Origin: the human T2T-CHM13v2.0 reference genome, Homo sapiens
DNA: 64,000 nt
Assembly (NCBI RefSeq): GCF_009914755.1
Contig: NC_060933.1
Strand: one strand, 5' to 3'
Below, piece after piece: positions 37,986 through 52,115 of the stretch. The translations under genes and the position numbers were made by a program. Below the pieces are notes generated by a model that saw only the letters and a list, made by a program, of their open reading frames with translations, had not been told where the DNA came from and did not search any database. Each line of letters begins with the position of its first letter. Within the stretch, counting starts at the first letter, position 1.

Positions 37986-38529
37986 CTGTACCCCATTAAG
38001 AAATATGTACGTTTATGTACATATCAATTATCCTCCCACCTTCACTCAAAATGCTCGTGGTGAGAACAGCACAGAACTGAATATAAAATAGCTGGGCAGT
38101 CTCAGGCAAGTCACTTGCCATCTCTGGACCTTGTACATCTTATCCCTAAAATGGGAGGTTTGGATCAACGACTCCTCAGGTCTCCTTCTGGTGCTAACAG
38201 CCTCCCCTCCACCTGTCCTCCCCGTAATGTGCAGCCACCAGCATAGTGAGAGGAGGCATTTTCCTTTCCCTTTCCTGGTGCAGAGAAGCCATTCTCCTTC
38301 CCAGCGAACACATTAGACTTGGGCACGAGCCACTCCCCTTCTTCTTTTTCTTCATTTGAAGTTCCAACTTCTCCCAGGATAACAAGCCTCTCCAATCTGA
38401 CTGACTTAAAAAACCTTTTCTGTCACTCACTTCTTCATGCTAGGGTGAAGTTTTTTCTGCGCACCTTTCTCCCTCCCCTCAAGGGTTGTGAAGAAAGGGA
38501 GGAGAGGAGTTCTTGTTTCTCGCTCGCTC

Positions 38530-38866
38530 TTTTTGTTTTGGTTTTTTGTTTGTTTTCGTTTTCTGTTTGTTTGTTTGTTTGTTTGTTTGTGACAGTCTCA
38601 CTGTCACCCAAGCTGGAGTGCAGTGGCGTGATCTCAGTTCACTGCAACCTCCGCCTCCTGGGTTCAAGTGATTCTCCTGCCTCAGCCTTCTGAGTAGCTG
38701 GGATTATAGGCGCCCACCACCACACCTGGCTGATTTTTGTAGTTTTAGTAGAGACAGGGTTTCACCATGTTGGCCAGGCTGGTCTCGAACTCCTGACCTC
38801 AGGTGATACGGCCGCCTAGGCCTCCCAAAGTGCTGGGATTACAGGCATGAGTCACCACGCCCAGCA
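38530..38866 (-). mobile_element. AluSx with a (GTTT)n-type tail
   Basis: Full antisense dimer; TSD TTTCTCGCTC...TTTTT on both sides. Confidence 0.95.
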
Positions 38867-39534
38867 TTTCTCGCTCTTTTTGACTTGCCCTAGTCTGTCT
38901 AATATTGTCCTGGCAAAGAGAAAAGGAAGCGGGGCTAACTCAGTGTGTTGGGGAGACAAGCGGTTTTAAGCAATCCTGACTACACTTGCCATAAAATGCC
39001 AGCTGTCCATGTTTGTTGAACTCTGAGACTTGAATAATATTGTGCACTTTATCTTTATGGCCTCTTTTATGCTAACAGGCCTAGGGGTAGCAAAAAAGGG
39101 CAATGTACTGTAGTCTGCTAAAAGCTTTGCCATTTGATTGCTTCATAATTTCACCATTCATCTAATTTGGAGTGCACATTTGTGCAACAAACCTGTCTGT
39201 CACCCTTAACAAGCTCTTTGGTACAGACCGGAACAATCTCCCATAATGTAAACAACCTTCTCCTTCAGCAGAGAAAGAAAACACACAACAGGTTTTCAAC
39301 ACTTGCAGAAGTAATTGCCTTGGACTTTCCCACCCCTGGTATTGGATTTCTCAAGTCCCAGGACTCTTCATCAAGGAATATCTTTTAAAACATTTTCCCC
39401 CTATTCTTTCTTCAAAGCAATTCCATACACATTTTCTTAACACCTTCTATGCATAAGCCCCCACACTAGGAAATGCAAGCTATGGGACCCTCTGTAAGAT
39501 CTGGGCTTTGCTTCCTGGAGAAAGTCCCTTCTGT

Positions 39535-39700
39535 AGTAAAGAGAGTACATGCTTTAGAGTATGACAAATGTTGTTTTGACTTTGAGTCTTCCACTTGGTA
39601 GCTGTGTGACCCGGGCAAGTTAATCATTTTCTTCCAGCCACATTTTCTCATTTCCAAAATGAGGTCTAGATATTAGCTGCTATAGATTGGGGGACACCAA
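39535..39700 (+). mobile_element. MIR SINE
   Basis: TTCCACTTGGTAGCTGTGTGACCCGGGCAAGTTAATCA...TTTTCTCATTTCCAAAATGAGG. Confidence 0.75.
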
Positions 39701-40994
39701 AAAGGACGTTAAATGTATGTGTATACACATAATTAATAATATAAAGTGAATTAAATACATTTAAGTGTCATCTACTGTCTGCTCACCCAGCCTACAATTT
39801 CCTATCTCAATTCCTTGAATCAGCCACCTTGTATTTATTCACATACAAATACACACAAACACCAAAGGAAAGAGAGAGTAAGGGAGAGGAAAAGAGATGT
39901 GGATTTCATTTCGCTTCTTCAGCAGCTTCCCTTAGGATAAAGACCTTTCCTCAATTAATGAAATTTTCTAATTTGCACAATGTAATAGCTGACACAATTG
40001 AATTGAAGGAAGGATAGAGAGTAGACCATGCCACATTTCCATCAGTCTGTAGAAACATTTAAAGGTCTATAAGAATTGAAATGGTTTAAATTGAAGAAAA
40101 TTCTCAAAAGGGATCTAACAAGTCACAAGAAGGAAATCTGGGGGCTACCATATCAAAAATGACAATGAACATTGTGATTTAAAGTTGAAAATAAGCTTGA
40201 TTTTTTTTTTTACTGCTTTGACAAGATTGACTATTGGCTTTGATGTCATATTAAAAAAATTCTACAATAAAAATTCCATAAGAGTTATGGGACCATTTCT
40301 TAATTATAACCATCAAAAGTAGGTAAACAAGGCAAGCACCTTCTTTCTAAATGACTGAGTAGAAAAGCTAATGACAGATAACATTTAAAACATAAGGACC
40401 TGAAGAACTTCTTTACCTTCTCTTTTATGAAAGAGTTCAAGAGTGATGAGATAACGAGTGAGATAATGAGATGTGAAATGGATAAATTATAGGAAGGTAA
40501 AAAATGGCTAAAGCATTGTAGAGAAAAAAACAATATATTCTAATTAGCTGAGCCTGGAAGTTGGCATTTAAGGGAAGCTAAGGAGCTTATAGGGTTATTT
40601 ATTTGGGTTTTTCATTTTGTTTTGTTTTAGATATGCTGAAGACTGCAATTTATAAAATTATGTGTCTGTCACTCCTACCAAACCATGAGGTCCTGGGGAG
40701 AAATGAGACACTATAATGAACCAGGGTCTTCAACTAGGCCCAGCCTACAGGATGCATTTAGTGATGATGATGACAAAGACAACAATGAAAGCAATAAAAA
40801 AAAAAAAAGAATAGCTAATGCAACTGGAATAATAACAGTTAACATGTATTCAGCTCCTACTGTGGCCCCAGACACATTTCTACGAATTGTATATGATGTA
40901 TATACATATGTATATACATGCATCCTAATTAAATACTTAGGTGATCCTCAGTAGAGACAATATTAGTTTTCCAACACATTTGCAGAATATCTTC

Positions 40995-41472
<478 letters not shown>

Positions 41473-42829
41473 CTTTTTGTTCTTAATAATTCATGATTCC
41501 TTGTCAGTCCACCCTTCAAAGAGCCATGGCTGTCTAACTCAGATTACAGAAAGTCTTACGAGACAGAAGACCATGGCTCAAAGAGGATATCACTGCCAGA
41601 GGAGAAGAAAAAGCTAGTCTGTTCAGCCCTGAAGACTGTGAAGCCAAAACTTCAATGGGGGCTATCCGTGAATAGAGGGATTGTGTGCAATTTTACTTCT
41701 CTCTTGTGTACTTACTTATATATGCCTATATGAAACAAGGAACATGTATTACTTCTAAAATAAGTAAAGAAAGACATTATGGAGCCATTTTTTAAAGAGA
41801 ATGATATGCTACAGTCCATGAAATGAATTTCAATCAACAATAAAATAGTTAATGCTAAGACACATTACAATCAGTATTACAAAAGAAAAACAAGAAGCAA
41901 TGTCATTATGAACACTGAGTGTCACTTGAGATTTCTGTCTAGTTTGAGGCCTGAATGCTCTGAGCCCTGAAAATAATAATAAAAATGATTTTGAGAAAGT
42001 AAAACAGGACCTCTCTTGAAAGGTTAAGAAAGCTGGGATGAAAGAAGAATTGAGGGACAATTTATCAACAAATTCAAATTGTCATAAAAATGATATTGAC
42101 CAGCTGTTCACCACCTCCATTTAGGACAAAACAAGACAAACATATATCAAATTGCCATGAGTTTGTTGTTCAACAGTAAAACAACCTTCTCGAACATAAA
42201 TGTGATAGATACTGAAATTCATAGCTCTTTATCCCTGGAAATACTTCAAACTAATATATATGGGCAACTCTTGAGGGTCTGCATATACAGTTTTGCACAG
42301 AAGCTAGACAAGTTACATTCTTGCAAGTCCAACATCACTCTAATCCAATGGATTTAAACTATTTGAACCATGATGAGAGGCCTTCATGTAGTGCTGTATA
42401 TAAAACAAAGTTTCTCCTATTGTATTTAAGTTAACTCAACCATAACCACACAACACCCAAATTATGAAACAGTTGACCAAAATTTAGGCTTCTCCAGAAT
42501 ATTTTCTCTAAAAGAAACTTTGCAGCAGAAAGATTTTAGAATAATATTTGACCTCTACTTAGGTTTTCTCTCTTGCTAGACTATAATGAGAACTGGAATT
42601 ATAATTGGACATGATGGAGTCATTCAACCTGAACCCATTAAATTGATGATGCCAAAACTGTGGTATTCTGGTTCCTTGGGGAGGGAAGGGGGTGTAAATT
42701 AAAAGAACATCTATGTTCCTGTACCAATAAACTCAATAAATCTAGTTTCCTGTGTTTTATATTTATTATATTTAATATTTATGCAATGATTTTTCATTAA
42801 ACATACCACAACAGGCCAAATATATATAT

Positions 42830-43040
42830 GTGATACTTTACAGCACTCAAACTTTTCTATCTGTGCCCTTACCTGATCCTTGCAACAACATTAAGCAGGC
42901 TCCATATTTTATCATTTTAATGATTCTGGAACTAAAGTTCAGAAAAGTTAAGTGATTGGCTCACGTTTATTCAGCTAGTAAGCACTAAAGATTAAACTGG
43001 GGTCATATGACTAATCCTTCAAGTCTCTTTCTGTTTCACC
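42830..43040 (-). mobile_element. MIR SINE
   Basis: GGAACTAAAGTTCAGAAAAGTTAAGTGATTGGCTCACGTTTATTCAGCTAGTAAG. Confidence 0.7.
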
Positions 43041-43479
43041 ATTCTTCTTTACATTCTCCATTCTTTAGAAGTTCACAGTATAGTTGGTGACACACAGTCA
43101 AAATGGTAAAGAGTATCAATATGTAAATAACCCCGTGAGGCCATGCAAAAGTCACAGGAACCCATATAATCAAAGAGCGAGATTGTGGCATAAGTTACAA
43201 GGGCTGCTAGAATCTAGACAACAAAGAAATCATGGTGACCAGAGGAGGCAAAGATTGATTAAGGAAATGACGTCATATGCTAAAGTATGGATAAAGTTTT
43301 TTAGACTAAGAAGGGAAGGAAAAACATTTCAGTTAAAGAGAATGGCAGAAGCACTAAGTGGGAACCTCAGTGGTAGCTTCAGAGGACTATGAAGAGATTA
43401 GCTGGAGTGCAGGGTCCACACAGAGTCAGGACGATGTATGGCAGGATCTGGGAGAACCTTGAATAGGGTAGAATTAATA

Positions 43480-43632
43480 TTGACTAAATATCATTTTACT
43501 CTAGGCACTTTATAAGCCTGACATCATCTATTTCTGAAATACTCTCAGGGTAATTACCATCCCTATTTTCCAGATGAGGAAATTGATATTTCAGCCATGT
43601 TAAGTGGTTTGTCCAAAATCCTGTAGCTACCA
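43480..43632 (-). mobile_element. MIR SINE
   Basis: ACCATCCCTATTTTCCAGATGAGGAAATTGATATTTCAGCCATGTTAAGTGGTTTGTCCAAAATC. Confidence 0.75.
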
Positions 43633-44100
43633 GTGTGAATTACCAAAAAATGGTCACAATTTCCTGTCCTAGAAAGCATTCCCCTTTTCAATATGCTTTG
43701 CCTCTTATCCCAAACAGAAATGTAGACTATGTCTCCCACCCTTGACTCAGGACTGGACTTATGATAGAAATGTGTCAGGAGTAGCATGGTTGCCAAGGCT
43801 AGGACCTAAGACACCTTGCAACATAGGTTTTTGTCAACTGGGAATGCAGCAGCCCTGTGAGCACAAAGCAGCTGGCCTAGACTCCTGGAGGATGAGAGGC
43901 CACATGAAGGAGAACCTCAGTGCTACAGCCAAGAGCCAGCAGATACTGCCAGAGATGAGTGGCACTTACATCCATCTGGGATTTTCCAGTTGACCATCCC
44001 TCCAGCTAACTGCAGCTGCATCAGTCAGACTGAGTGAGACTGGCAGAGGAAACACCCAGCCAACACCCAGGATCATGAGAAGTCATCATTCTTATTTTCA
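43633..44100 (+). mobile_element. MLT1H/G-type LTR, 3' end missing at the L1 junction
   Basis: AAAAATGGTCACAATTTCCT...TCTCCCACCCTTGACTCAGGACTGG...GAGAGGCCACATGAAG...CACCCAGCCAACACCCAGGATCATGAGAA. Confidence 0.7.
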
Positions 44101-44108
44101 GGTATTTC

Positions 44109-45288
<1,180 letters not shown>

Positions 45289-45514
45289 TAAGCTTGATTC
45301 TTTCTATCATATGACACCACTAGTGAAATTGAAAAATTTCCAGTTATTAATTGGGAGCTATTTAAAGTATTTGAGCTACAGAAAGAAATGAAGAGAATAC
45401 TATTCTGAACAATGAAGTTGGCATCCTAAACTTGCAGAGAAGAAAGTTGAGGTACTTAGTAATTATAACAACTTGGGTTTTAGTTACTGAGTATCATAAA
45501 GGTGGTTTGAATTG

Positions 45515-48195
45515 AGAAGGCAACCTTCCCGCCTACTAATTTCTCTCTCTCTTTGTTAGTAATAAAAACCTCGTCAGGAAGAAGTGGCACTGTCTGTCCG
45601 TGCAGCTCTAGTCGGCTCCTCAACGTGGAGCCATGGGAGGCCTTGGGAAGAAGAATTATGAACGAGGCTCAGCCACCAACTACATCACCCAGAATAAAGC
45701 CCAGAAGAAGCTCCAGCTGAGCCTGGCTGACTTTAGGCAGTTGTGCATTCTGAAGCGCATTTATCCCCATGAACCCAAACACAAGAAGAAGGTTAACAAA
45801 CGTTCTACAGCAGCCCAAACTTTTTACCTTATCGAAGACATCAGGTTTCTCCTCCATGAACCCATTGTCAACAAGTTCTGGGAATACAAGGTGTTAATCC
45901 GGAAGCTCCTGAAGGCCTATAGGAAGAGCAAGTGGAAACACTGTAGAGTATCTAAAGGACAATAAGCCCAACTACAAACTTGACCGCATCATCAAGGAAT
46001 GGTACCCTACGTTCACTGATGCCCTGCGAGACCTGGACAACGCCCTCTCCATGTGCTTCCTCTTTTCCACCTTCCCACGGACTGGCAAGGGCCATGTGCA
46101 GACCATTCACCATGGAGTTCATGCACTACATCATCGCTGCTAGTGCCCTGCCACAAGGTCTTCCTGTCCATCAAAGGCATTTACTACCAGGTCAAGGTCC
46201 TGGGACAGCCCATCATGTGAATCACCACTTATGCCTTCTCCCATGACCACCCAACAGACATGGACTACAGGGTCATGGCCACCTTCACCGAGTTCTACAG
46301 CACCCTGCTGGGCTTCATCAACTTCCACCTCTACCAGTGGCTCAACCTCCACTACCCACTGAAGCTCGAGGGTCAGGCCCAAGAAGAGGCAAAGGCCAGT
46401 GAGGGCACCCATGCATTGGACTCTGAGAGCTCCATGGAGAAAATGGCTGCCCTCACTGCCAGCCTGGCCCGCGTGGTGGTGCCTGCCACAGAGGAGGAGC
46501 CTGAGGTGGATGAGTTTCCTGCCAATGGGGAGATGTCAGCACAGGAGGAAGACCGCAGGAAGGAGCTGGAGGGGCAGGAGAAGCACAAGAAGTTTTCTGA
46601 GGGCCTAAAGTTCTTCCTGAACCAAGGGGTGCCCCGTGAAGCCCTGGCCTTCGTCATCAGTTTTTGGGGGGAAGTGTCCTGGGACAAGTCTTTGTGCATC
46701 GGGGCCACCTATGACATCATGGACTCCCGCATCACCCACAAGATTGTCAACTGGCCTGGGCAGCAGACCTCCATCATTGGCAGGTGCTACATGCAGCCCC
46801 AGTGGGTGATTGACTCGGTGAACGCTAGGCTTCTCCTCCTCATGGCAGAGTACTTCCCTGGGGTGCAGCTGCCCCCACACCTTTCACCTTTTGTGACCAA
46901 GAAGGAAGGAGATTACATCCCACCTGAAAAACTGAGGCTGCTGGCTCTGCAGCAGGGAGAGGACCCAGGAATCCTGAATGCATCCGAAGAAGAGGAGAAA
47001 GAGGACGACAACAATGAAAATGATGGTGATGAAGGGGGAGAAAATGAAGAGGAGGAGGAGGAGAAAGATGCAGAGGCTGGTTCAAAAAAGGAGGAAGAGG
47101 CCCAGCTGGCAGCCCTGGAGGAGCAGAGAATGAAGGCGAAGACAGGCACCTTGAAGGTGGAGGATGAGCAGTGACTAGCCCAAGAGGAGGAGAGCGAGGC
47201 CAAGCACCTGGCCATTATGATGATGAAGAAGTGGGAGAAGTACCTGTACCAGAAGATCATGTTTGGCAAGAGGCGAAAAATCCGAGAGGCCAACAAGCTG
47301 GCAGAGAAGCGGAAAGCCCACGATGAGGCGGTGAGATCTGAGAAGAAGGCCAAGAAGGCAAGGCTGGAGTGAGTGCCAGTGGCCCCTCACAGGGCTGAGG
47401 CCAGCTCCTGGCAGCTGGACGTGGCAGAAGCAGGCCAGAGGACCTAAGTGTGATGGACATAGTCGCTTCTCTCCTCCTCCTTTCTCCAGCCAGCCCTGAC
47501 CCCTCATGCTCTCTGAGGGCAGCCCTGGCCTCTCTTGGATGGAGCTGCCCTGCCGGTGCCTAGGCAAAGAAGAGGCCTCTGTGCCCAGCCTGATTCTGTG
47601 CTCCCAGGAGCCAGTGACAGGAGGTGCAGGGGCCCACCCAACCCCTTACCTGCTGCCCCCATTCACCCTGGCTTTCCACAGCCCCCTGCCACACAGTTGG
47701 ACCCATGATTCTCAGGGTGCTGTGATGGGGTGAGGGTGGGGGGAGCATTTGTTATTAGATGACTGGATTTTGTGCCAAAAAAGAAAAAGAAAAAAAAACC
47801 TCAACATTTTCTGATGACATGGGCCATCAGGAATAAAAGCTACATTTCCAGACCTCCCTTGTAGATAGCAATAGCCATCAGACTAAGTTCTGGCAATTAA
47901 ATCACAGCAACAGTGTTAGACAGGAGCATTTTTGCCTCATTTCCTTGTACTTTAATAGCACTTCCAGCCTGAAATATAGATATAAAGGCACATCCTCTGC
48001 CACCATCCTGGATCAGGAAGATAAGAACCACACATTAGATACAGTAGTGTTGAAAAATGCCTGCATCCCTGATGACCCCATGGTGCCACCATGCCGATCC
48101 TTCTACCTTTGCATTATTTTTGTGAAAAAGTGAACTATAATATTATCTTGATGAAACTACCATAATTTTGGAGTTTTTGTCACATTCAACTCAGC
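45515..48195 (+). mobile_element. MLT1J-type LTR split by the PES1 retrocopy (45515-45572 and 47794-48195)
   Basis: TTAGTAATAAAAACCTC|AACATTTT...AGCTACATTTCCAGACCTCCCTTGTAGATAG...GACTAAGTTCTGGCAA joins into a continuous MLT1J-like sequence. Confidence 0.7.
45573..47798 (+). pseudogene. PES1: Processed pseudogene of PES1 (pescadillo ribosomal biogenesis factor 1); which annotated PES1P copy it is cannot be decided from sequence
   Basis: Intronless; [41 protein letters not shown] from ATG 45633; BRCT and acidic regions; original stop TGA at 47370-47372; 5' and 3' UTRs; poly(A) 47777-47798; TSD AAAAACCTC (45564-45572, 47794-47802); frameshifts near 45935, 46105 and 46150; premature stops near 46218 and at 47172. 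Confidence 0.97.
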
Positions 48196-48679
48196 AGATA
48201 AATTGGTAATTGGTGCAGGAAAATTCTGGGAAGGAAGCATCAGAGGATTTGGTTCTCCCCAGGTACAGGAGACAAAGATGATGTCCAAAAATGAGAGAAC
48301 TTTTTAGCCTGGATAATTCAAAACACTATAGTATTTTCCCTTTTATGTATTCAGTTCCCACTCCTCCCCTTAGCCAACCAACACATCAGGGAGTCTTGAA
48401 TCATGGGAATTTATGCAGTCTTCTCATTCTGTAGTTTGAACCCCATGAGTACCAAGTCACACTAGTTGCCCATTCCAAAATGCAGCCAAGTAGGAAGAAA
48501 TTCATAGTATGAGTAGAATGGCCATAAAAAAAAGGTTGGCCACGATCAACACTCCAATCCTTCTCTTACTTGGAGTAAAGTTGCTCTTATCCCAGAAACA
48601 CTATAAACCTGTACAACTGAAACCTGTACAATGAAAAAGTGTCATTTGGGATAGAAAGAAATGGTGCTCAAGATGCCTG

Positions 48680-48900
48680 GTATACATCAGTCAACAAACA
48701 AAAGACACAAAACTTCTGCCTTCATGGAACTTAGATTCTGCCAGGGAGAGGCCAATAATAGAAGAATAAATATAATCAGTAAAGTAAATGATATGGTATG
48801 TTAGACAATGATACATTCACTGTAAAAAGAGGAAAAGAGCAACTTGGGCAAAGCAGAAGTGTCCTCAGCAGGAGTTTGGAGGGAGCAATGTTCATTTCTA
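48680..48900 (-). mobile_element. L2 fragment
   Basis: AACAAACAAAAGACACAAAACTTCTGCCTTCATGGAACTTAGATTCTG. Confidence 0.6.
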
Positions 48901-49288
48901 AGGATACATATTTCATTAGAAGGTAGGCTAGCTGGAGTATATAGAACTTTCAGGAAAAGAGGTTTGTAAACATCCACAAAAGAGATGAACTTACTGCAGA
49001 TAATGTGTTCAATCCCTTTAGGTCGGTGAGATAGCCTGAGTGGTTAAATCAAATATGGGTGAGATCCACATATAATGGTTCCCAGTTTAGAAAACTAAGG
49101 AGCCCAGTAGAATTAACATTATCAACAGTACTGCTTAATAATTAAAGTCACATAATAACTATAATCAGTTGAACATAGCTCACATTTATTGAGCTTTAAC
49201 TACATGCTAAGCACTGTGCAAATTGATTAAGAGAGATGAGCTCTCAGAGGAGATGGTACTTGAGGTAGAGGGAATCCTATTGAAATAC

Positions 49289-49586
49289 TTTTTTTTTTTT
49301 TTATTAGACGGAGTCTCACTCCGTCGCCCAGGCTGGAGTGCAGTGGCACAATCTCGGCTCACTGCAACCTCTGCCTCCTGGGTTCACGCCATTCTCCTGC
49401 CTCAACCTCCTGAGCAGCTGGGACTACAGGTGCCCGCCACCGCGCCCGGCTAATTTTTTTGTATTTTTAGTGGAGACAGGGTTTCACCATGTTAGCGAGG
49501 ATGATCTCAATCTCCTGACCTTGTGATCTGCCCACCTCGGCCTCCCAAAGTGCTGGGATTGCAGACGTGAGCCACTGCGCCCGGCC
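49289..49586 (-). mobile_element. Young Alu (AluY/AluSc8-like)
   Basis: GGGTTCACGCCATTCTCCTGCC, CpG-rich; TSD TTGAAATACTTTTT at 49280-49293 and 49587-49600. Confidence 0.95.
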
Positions 49587-49654
49587 TTGAAATACTTTTT
49601 AAAGAAAATAATCAGAAACATATTCCTAATTACCACAAAGAAAGTATGACTTGC

Positions 49655-49696
49655 TGTGTGTGTGTGTGTGTGTGTGTATGTGTGTGTGTGTGTGTA
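49655..49696. repeat. (TG)n microsatellite
   Basis: About 20 TG units with one TA interruption. Confidence 0.95.
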
Positions 49697-50244
49697 TACT
49701 TGCACAGCCTTGTAAATACTGGGGTACTCTACATGCCCTGAGCACCTGAAAAATTTAGTAAATATTTAGACGTCAACTGGTTAAAATGACATTAACTAAA
49801 ACCTTTTTGAACATGCTATTGGGATAGGGGATGGGTTATGGTATAAATTTACTGGCTGCTATTTAAATGAAAAGAATTACAATGCACTTAATGTTCATTC
49901 TAATCAAGTGATGCTAGAAGATTGAATTTCAGACTGTAAATGTGGTGTGCACATTTGTCTCTGAGTGAGACTTTGCATCCCAGCTGTTGAAACATTTGTG
50001 GGAAGGTGAAAGTTTTGTGGACTAATAGATTCCTGCAGTGGGGCACAAGCTTAATGCAGCAAAAGATGTTTTCACTGAAAAGACAAGTCATCTCATCCTT
50101 CATAGAGACACAGTCATTCTGGGTACACTTAAGCAAAACTTATTCTCCCAGGAAGAGTCTGTGACAGTAGAGAATATATATCAGTAAGAAAAAGCAGTTC
50201 ATCCTTCTGAAACACAGAGGGTAACTTAGGAAAGTAAAATTTTG

Positions 50245-50297
50245 TACAACTCTCAAGATACTACCTGATGCTGACAGCTAGTATCTTGAGAGTTGTA
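50245..50297. repeat. Perfect 19-bp inverted repeat with a 15-nt spacer
   Basis: TACAACTCTCAAGATACTA (50245-50263) and TAGTATCTTGAGAGTTGTA (50279-50297). Confidence 0.95.
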
Positions 50298-50599
50298 TAA
50301 GAGTTAATGTTTAAAACATCAATTGTTTATAAGCAAGTGTTTAATTATCATGAAATGTTATTTTTATGTATGGCAGGAGTAGGCAAGAAAGAACAAATGA
50401 GATTTTTAATAAATTGCTTGTTTCTTTAGATATTATGCTGAGTTAACCCTACCTTAAATCGTTATAGCATAAATATAAATCAATCCAAAATTTTAAGGAA
50501 CTTACAAAAAATTCAAAAAGTTAGTAACTTCGAGAATTAGGATATGATCCCAGGATATCTGACCCTGAAGGCAGTGTGTTTAATCAGTGTCCTTGCCAA

Positions 50600-50673
50600 T
50601 ACACACACACACACACGCACATACACACGCACACACACACACACACACACAGAAAGAGAGAGAGAGAGAGAGA
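50600..50673. repeat. (CA)n(GA)n compound microsatellite
   Basis: Direct reading. Confidence 0.95.
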
Positions 50674-50724
50674 CTTTATGGAACGGACCAGGTTACTTTG
50701 TTACTTTTGAGCTTATAAGACTCT

Positions 50725-51260
50725 TGCAGTGGATAATTTTTGGACTGTTCTTTGGATGGCCAGCCTCTGCTCCCTCTTCCTTTTAATAACAGCACCCAGA
50801 CTTTTCTCTTAGAAACAACCTTCTCCCAAACGTTAACCCATGAACTTCAGACTGACTTCTACCCCAGGTTTAGGAATAGGATGCTTTTAGTCCTGGACAG
50901 AGTATTTCATTCCCCTGGCCACAGGGATTGACTCATTGTTGTGCATGTAAATCAATCTAAGCCAGACCCACTAAGACATTTTCTTGAGCTACTAGGAGAA
51001 AGACATGTTCTCTTTCCACCAGGACATGAAATTGGAGGGGATTAATTCGCCCATCATGCCACCATATGGAGCCTGAGAATGAAGCCAGACTTAGAAGAGC
51101 AGAGAAAATTTGGAGTCACTGAATTCAGCCATGTCCAAAGTCAGCTCCACCCCTACCCCACACATTTATGTGAACTCATAAAACACATTTTATGGAAGCC
51201 AATTGGACTATGTTTTCTATTGCCCCCAATACCAAGACTCCCAAGGGAATCAGTGTTCCT
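50725..51260 (+). mobile_element. Old MLT1 (K/L-type) LTR
   Basis: TTCATTCCCCTGGCCACAGGGATTGACTCA...CCATCATGCCACCATATGG...GAGAATGAAGCC...AAGCCAATTGGACTATGTTTTCTATTG. Confidence 0.6.
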
Positions 51261-51594
51261 TTACAGGCAAGAGAGAGACAGGCTTGCTTGTATCAGCAGA
51301 GCACGGTGTGGAGCCTTAAAGACGGACATGTGGCAGAAAATGTGATTTCAGGAGCTGACAAAAACACTGTACTAAGTAATTCCTGAACCTTAGGCTCTTC
51401 ACTGTATGGTGAGACCAGGCCTCAGCCCTGTCCCCATCATCTCCAGTTTTAGGTTCCTGGAGTTTCAGAAAACAGAACAGAGAACTCAGATATCCTTAGT
51501 GAGAAGATAAAGGACATCATCAAGAGGCAAGAGCTTTGTTTGGTGGCCCAAGACTTTTAATCTTTTCCTACTTCTCTCACTATCTCTTTCACTC

Positions 51595-51620
51595 TATCTC
51601 TCTGTCACTCTGTCTCTCTG

Positions 51621-51665
<45 letters not shown>
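51595..51665. repeat. (CT)n(CA)n compound microsatellite
   Basis: Direct reading. Confidence 0.9.
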
Positions 51666-51668
<3 letters not shown>

Positions 51669-52063
51669 CCATGAAACCCCTAGCCCCAGAGTCCATGATA
51701 AAGGAACTTTGTGAGGAGACGCCACACCTTTCCTGTTTCTCTCTTTTATCTCCCAATTGTACATAGAAAAATATCCCAGCATGAGTTGGCTGTAACATAA
51801 TCCGGGCTAAATGCGGAAATTGCAAAACTGAGGCTTAAATAGACACCACATCCTTAGCTCAATCTCACTGAATCTCTTTAAAACAAAATAAAAAGGAAAA
51901 GACAAAGACAAATCATACCTGGGGGAATGATTGCCTAAGTAAACTCTTGAGTTTGGTTGGTCTGTCTTTTGTCATTTTAGGCCCAGACTGCCTGCACTGT
52001 CAATGTACTTTTGTTGGGAATTATCAATAGCTACATAAACAGAGCATATCTTTTCACAGCAGC

Positions 52064-52067
<4 letters not shown>

Positions 52068-52113
<46 letters not shown>
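52068..52113. repeat. (CA)n microsatellite, about 23 perfect units
   Basis: Direct reading. Confidence 0.95.
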
Positions 52114-52115
<2 letters not shown>

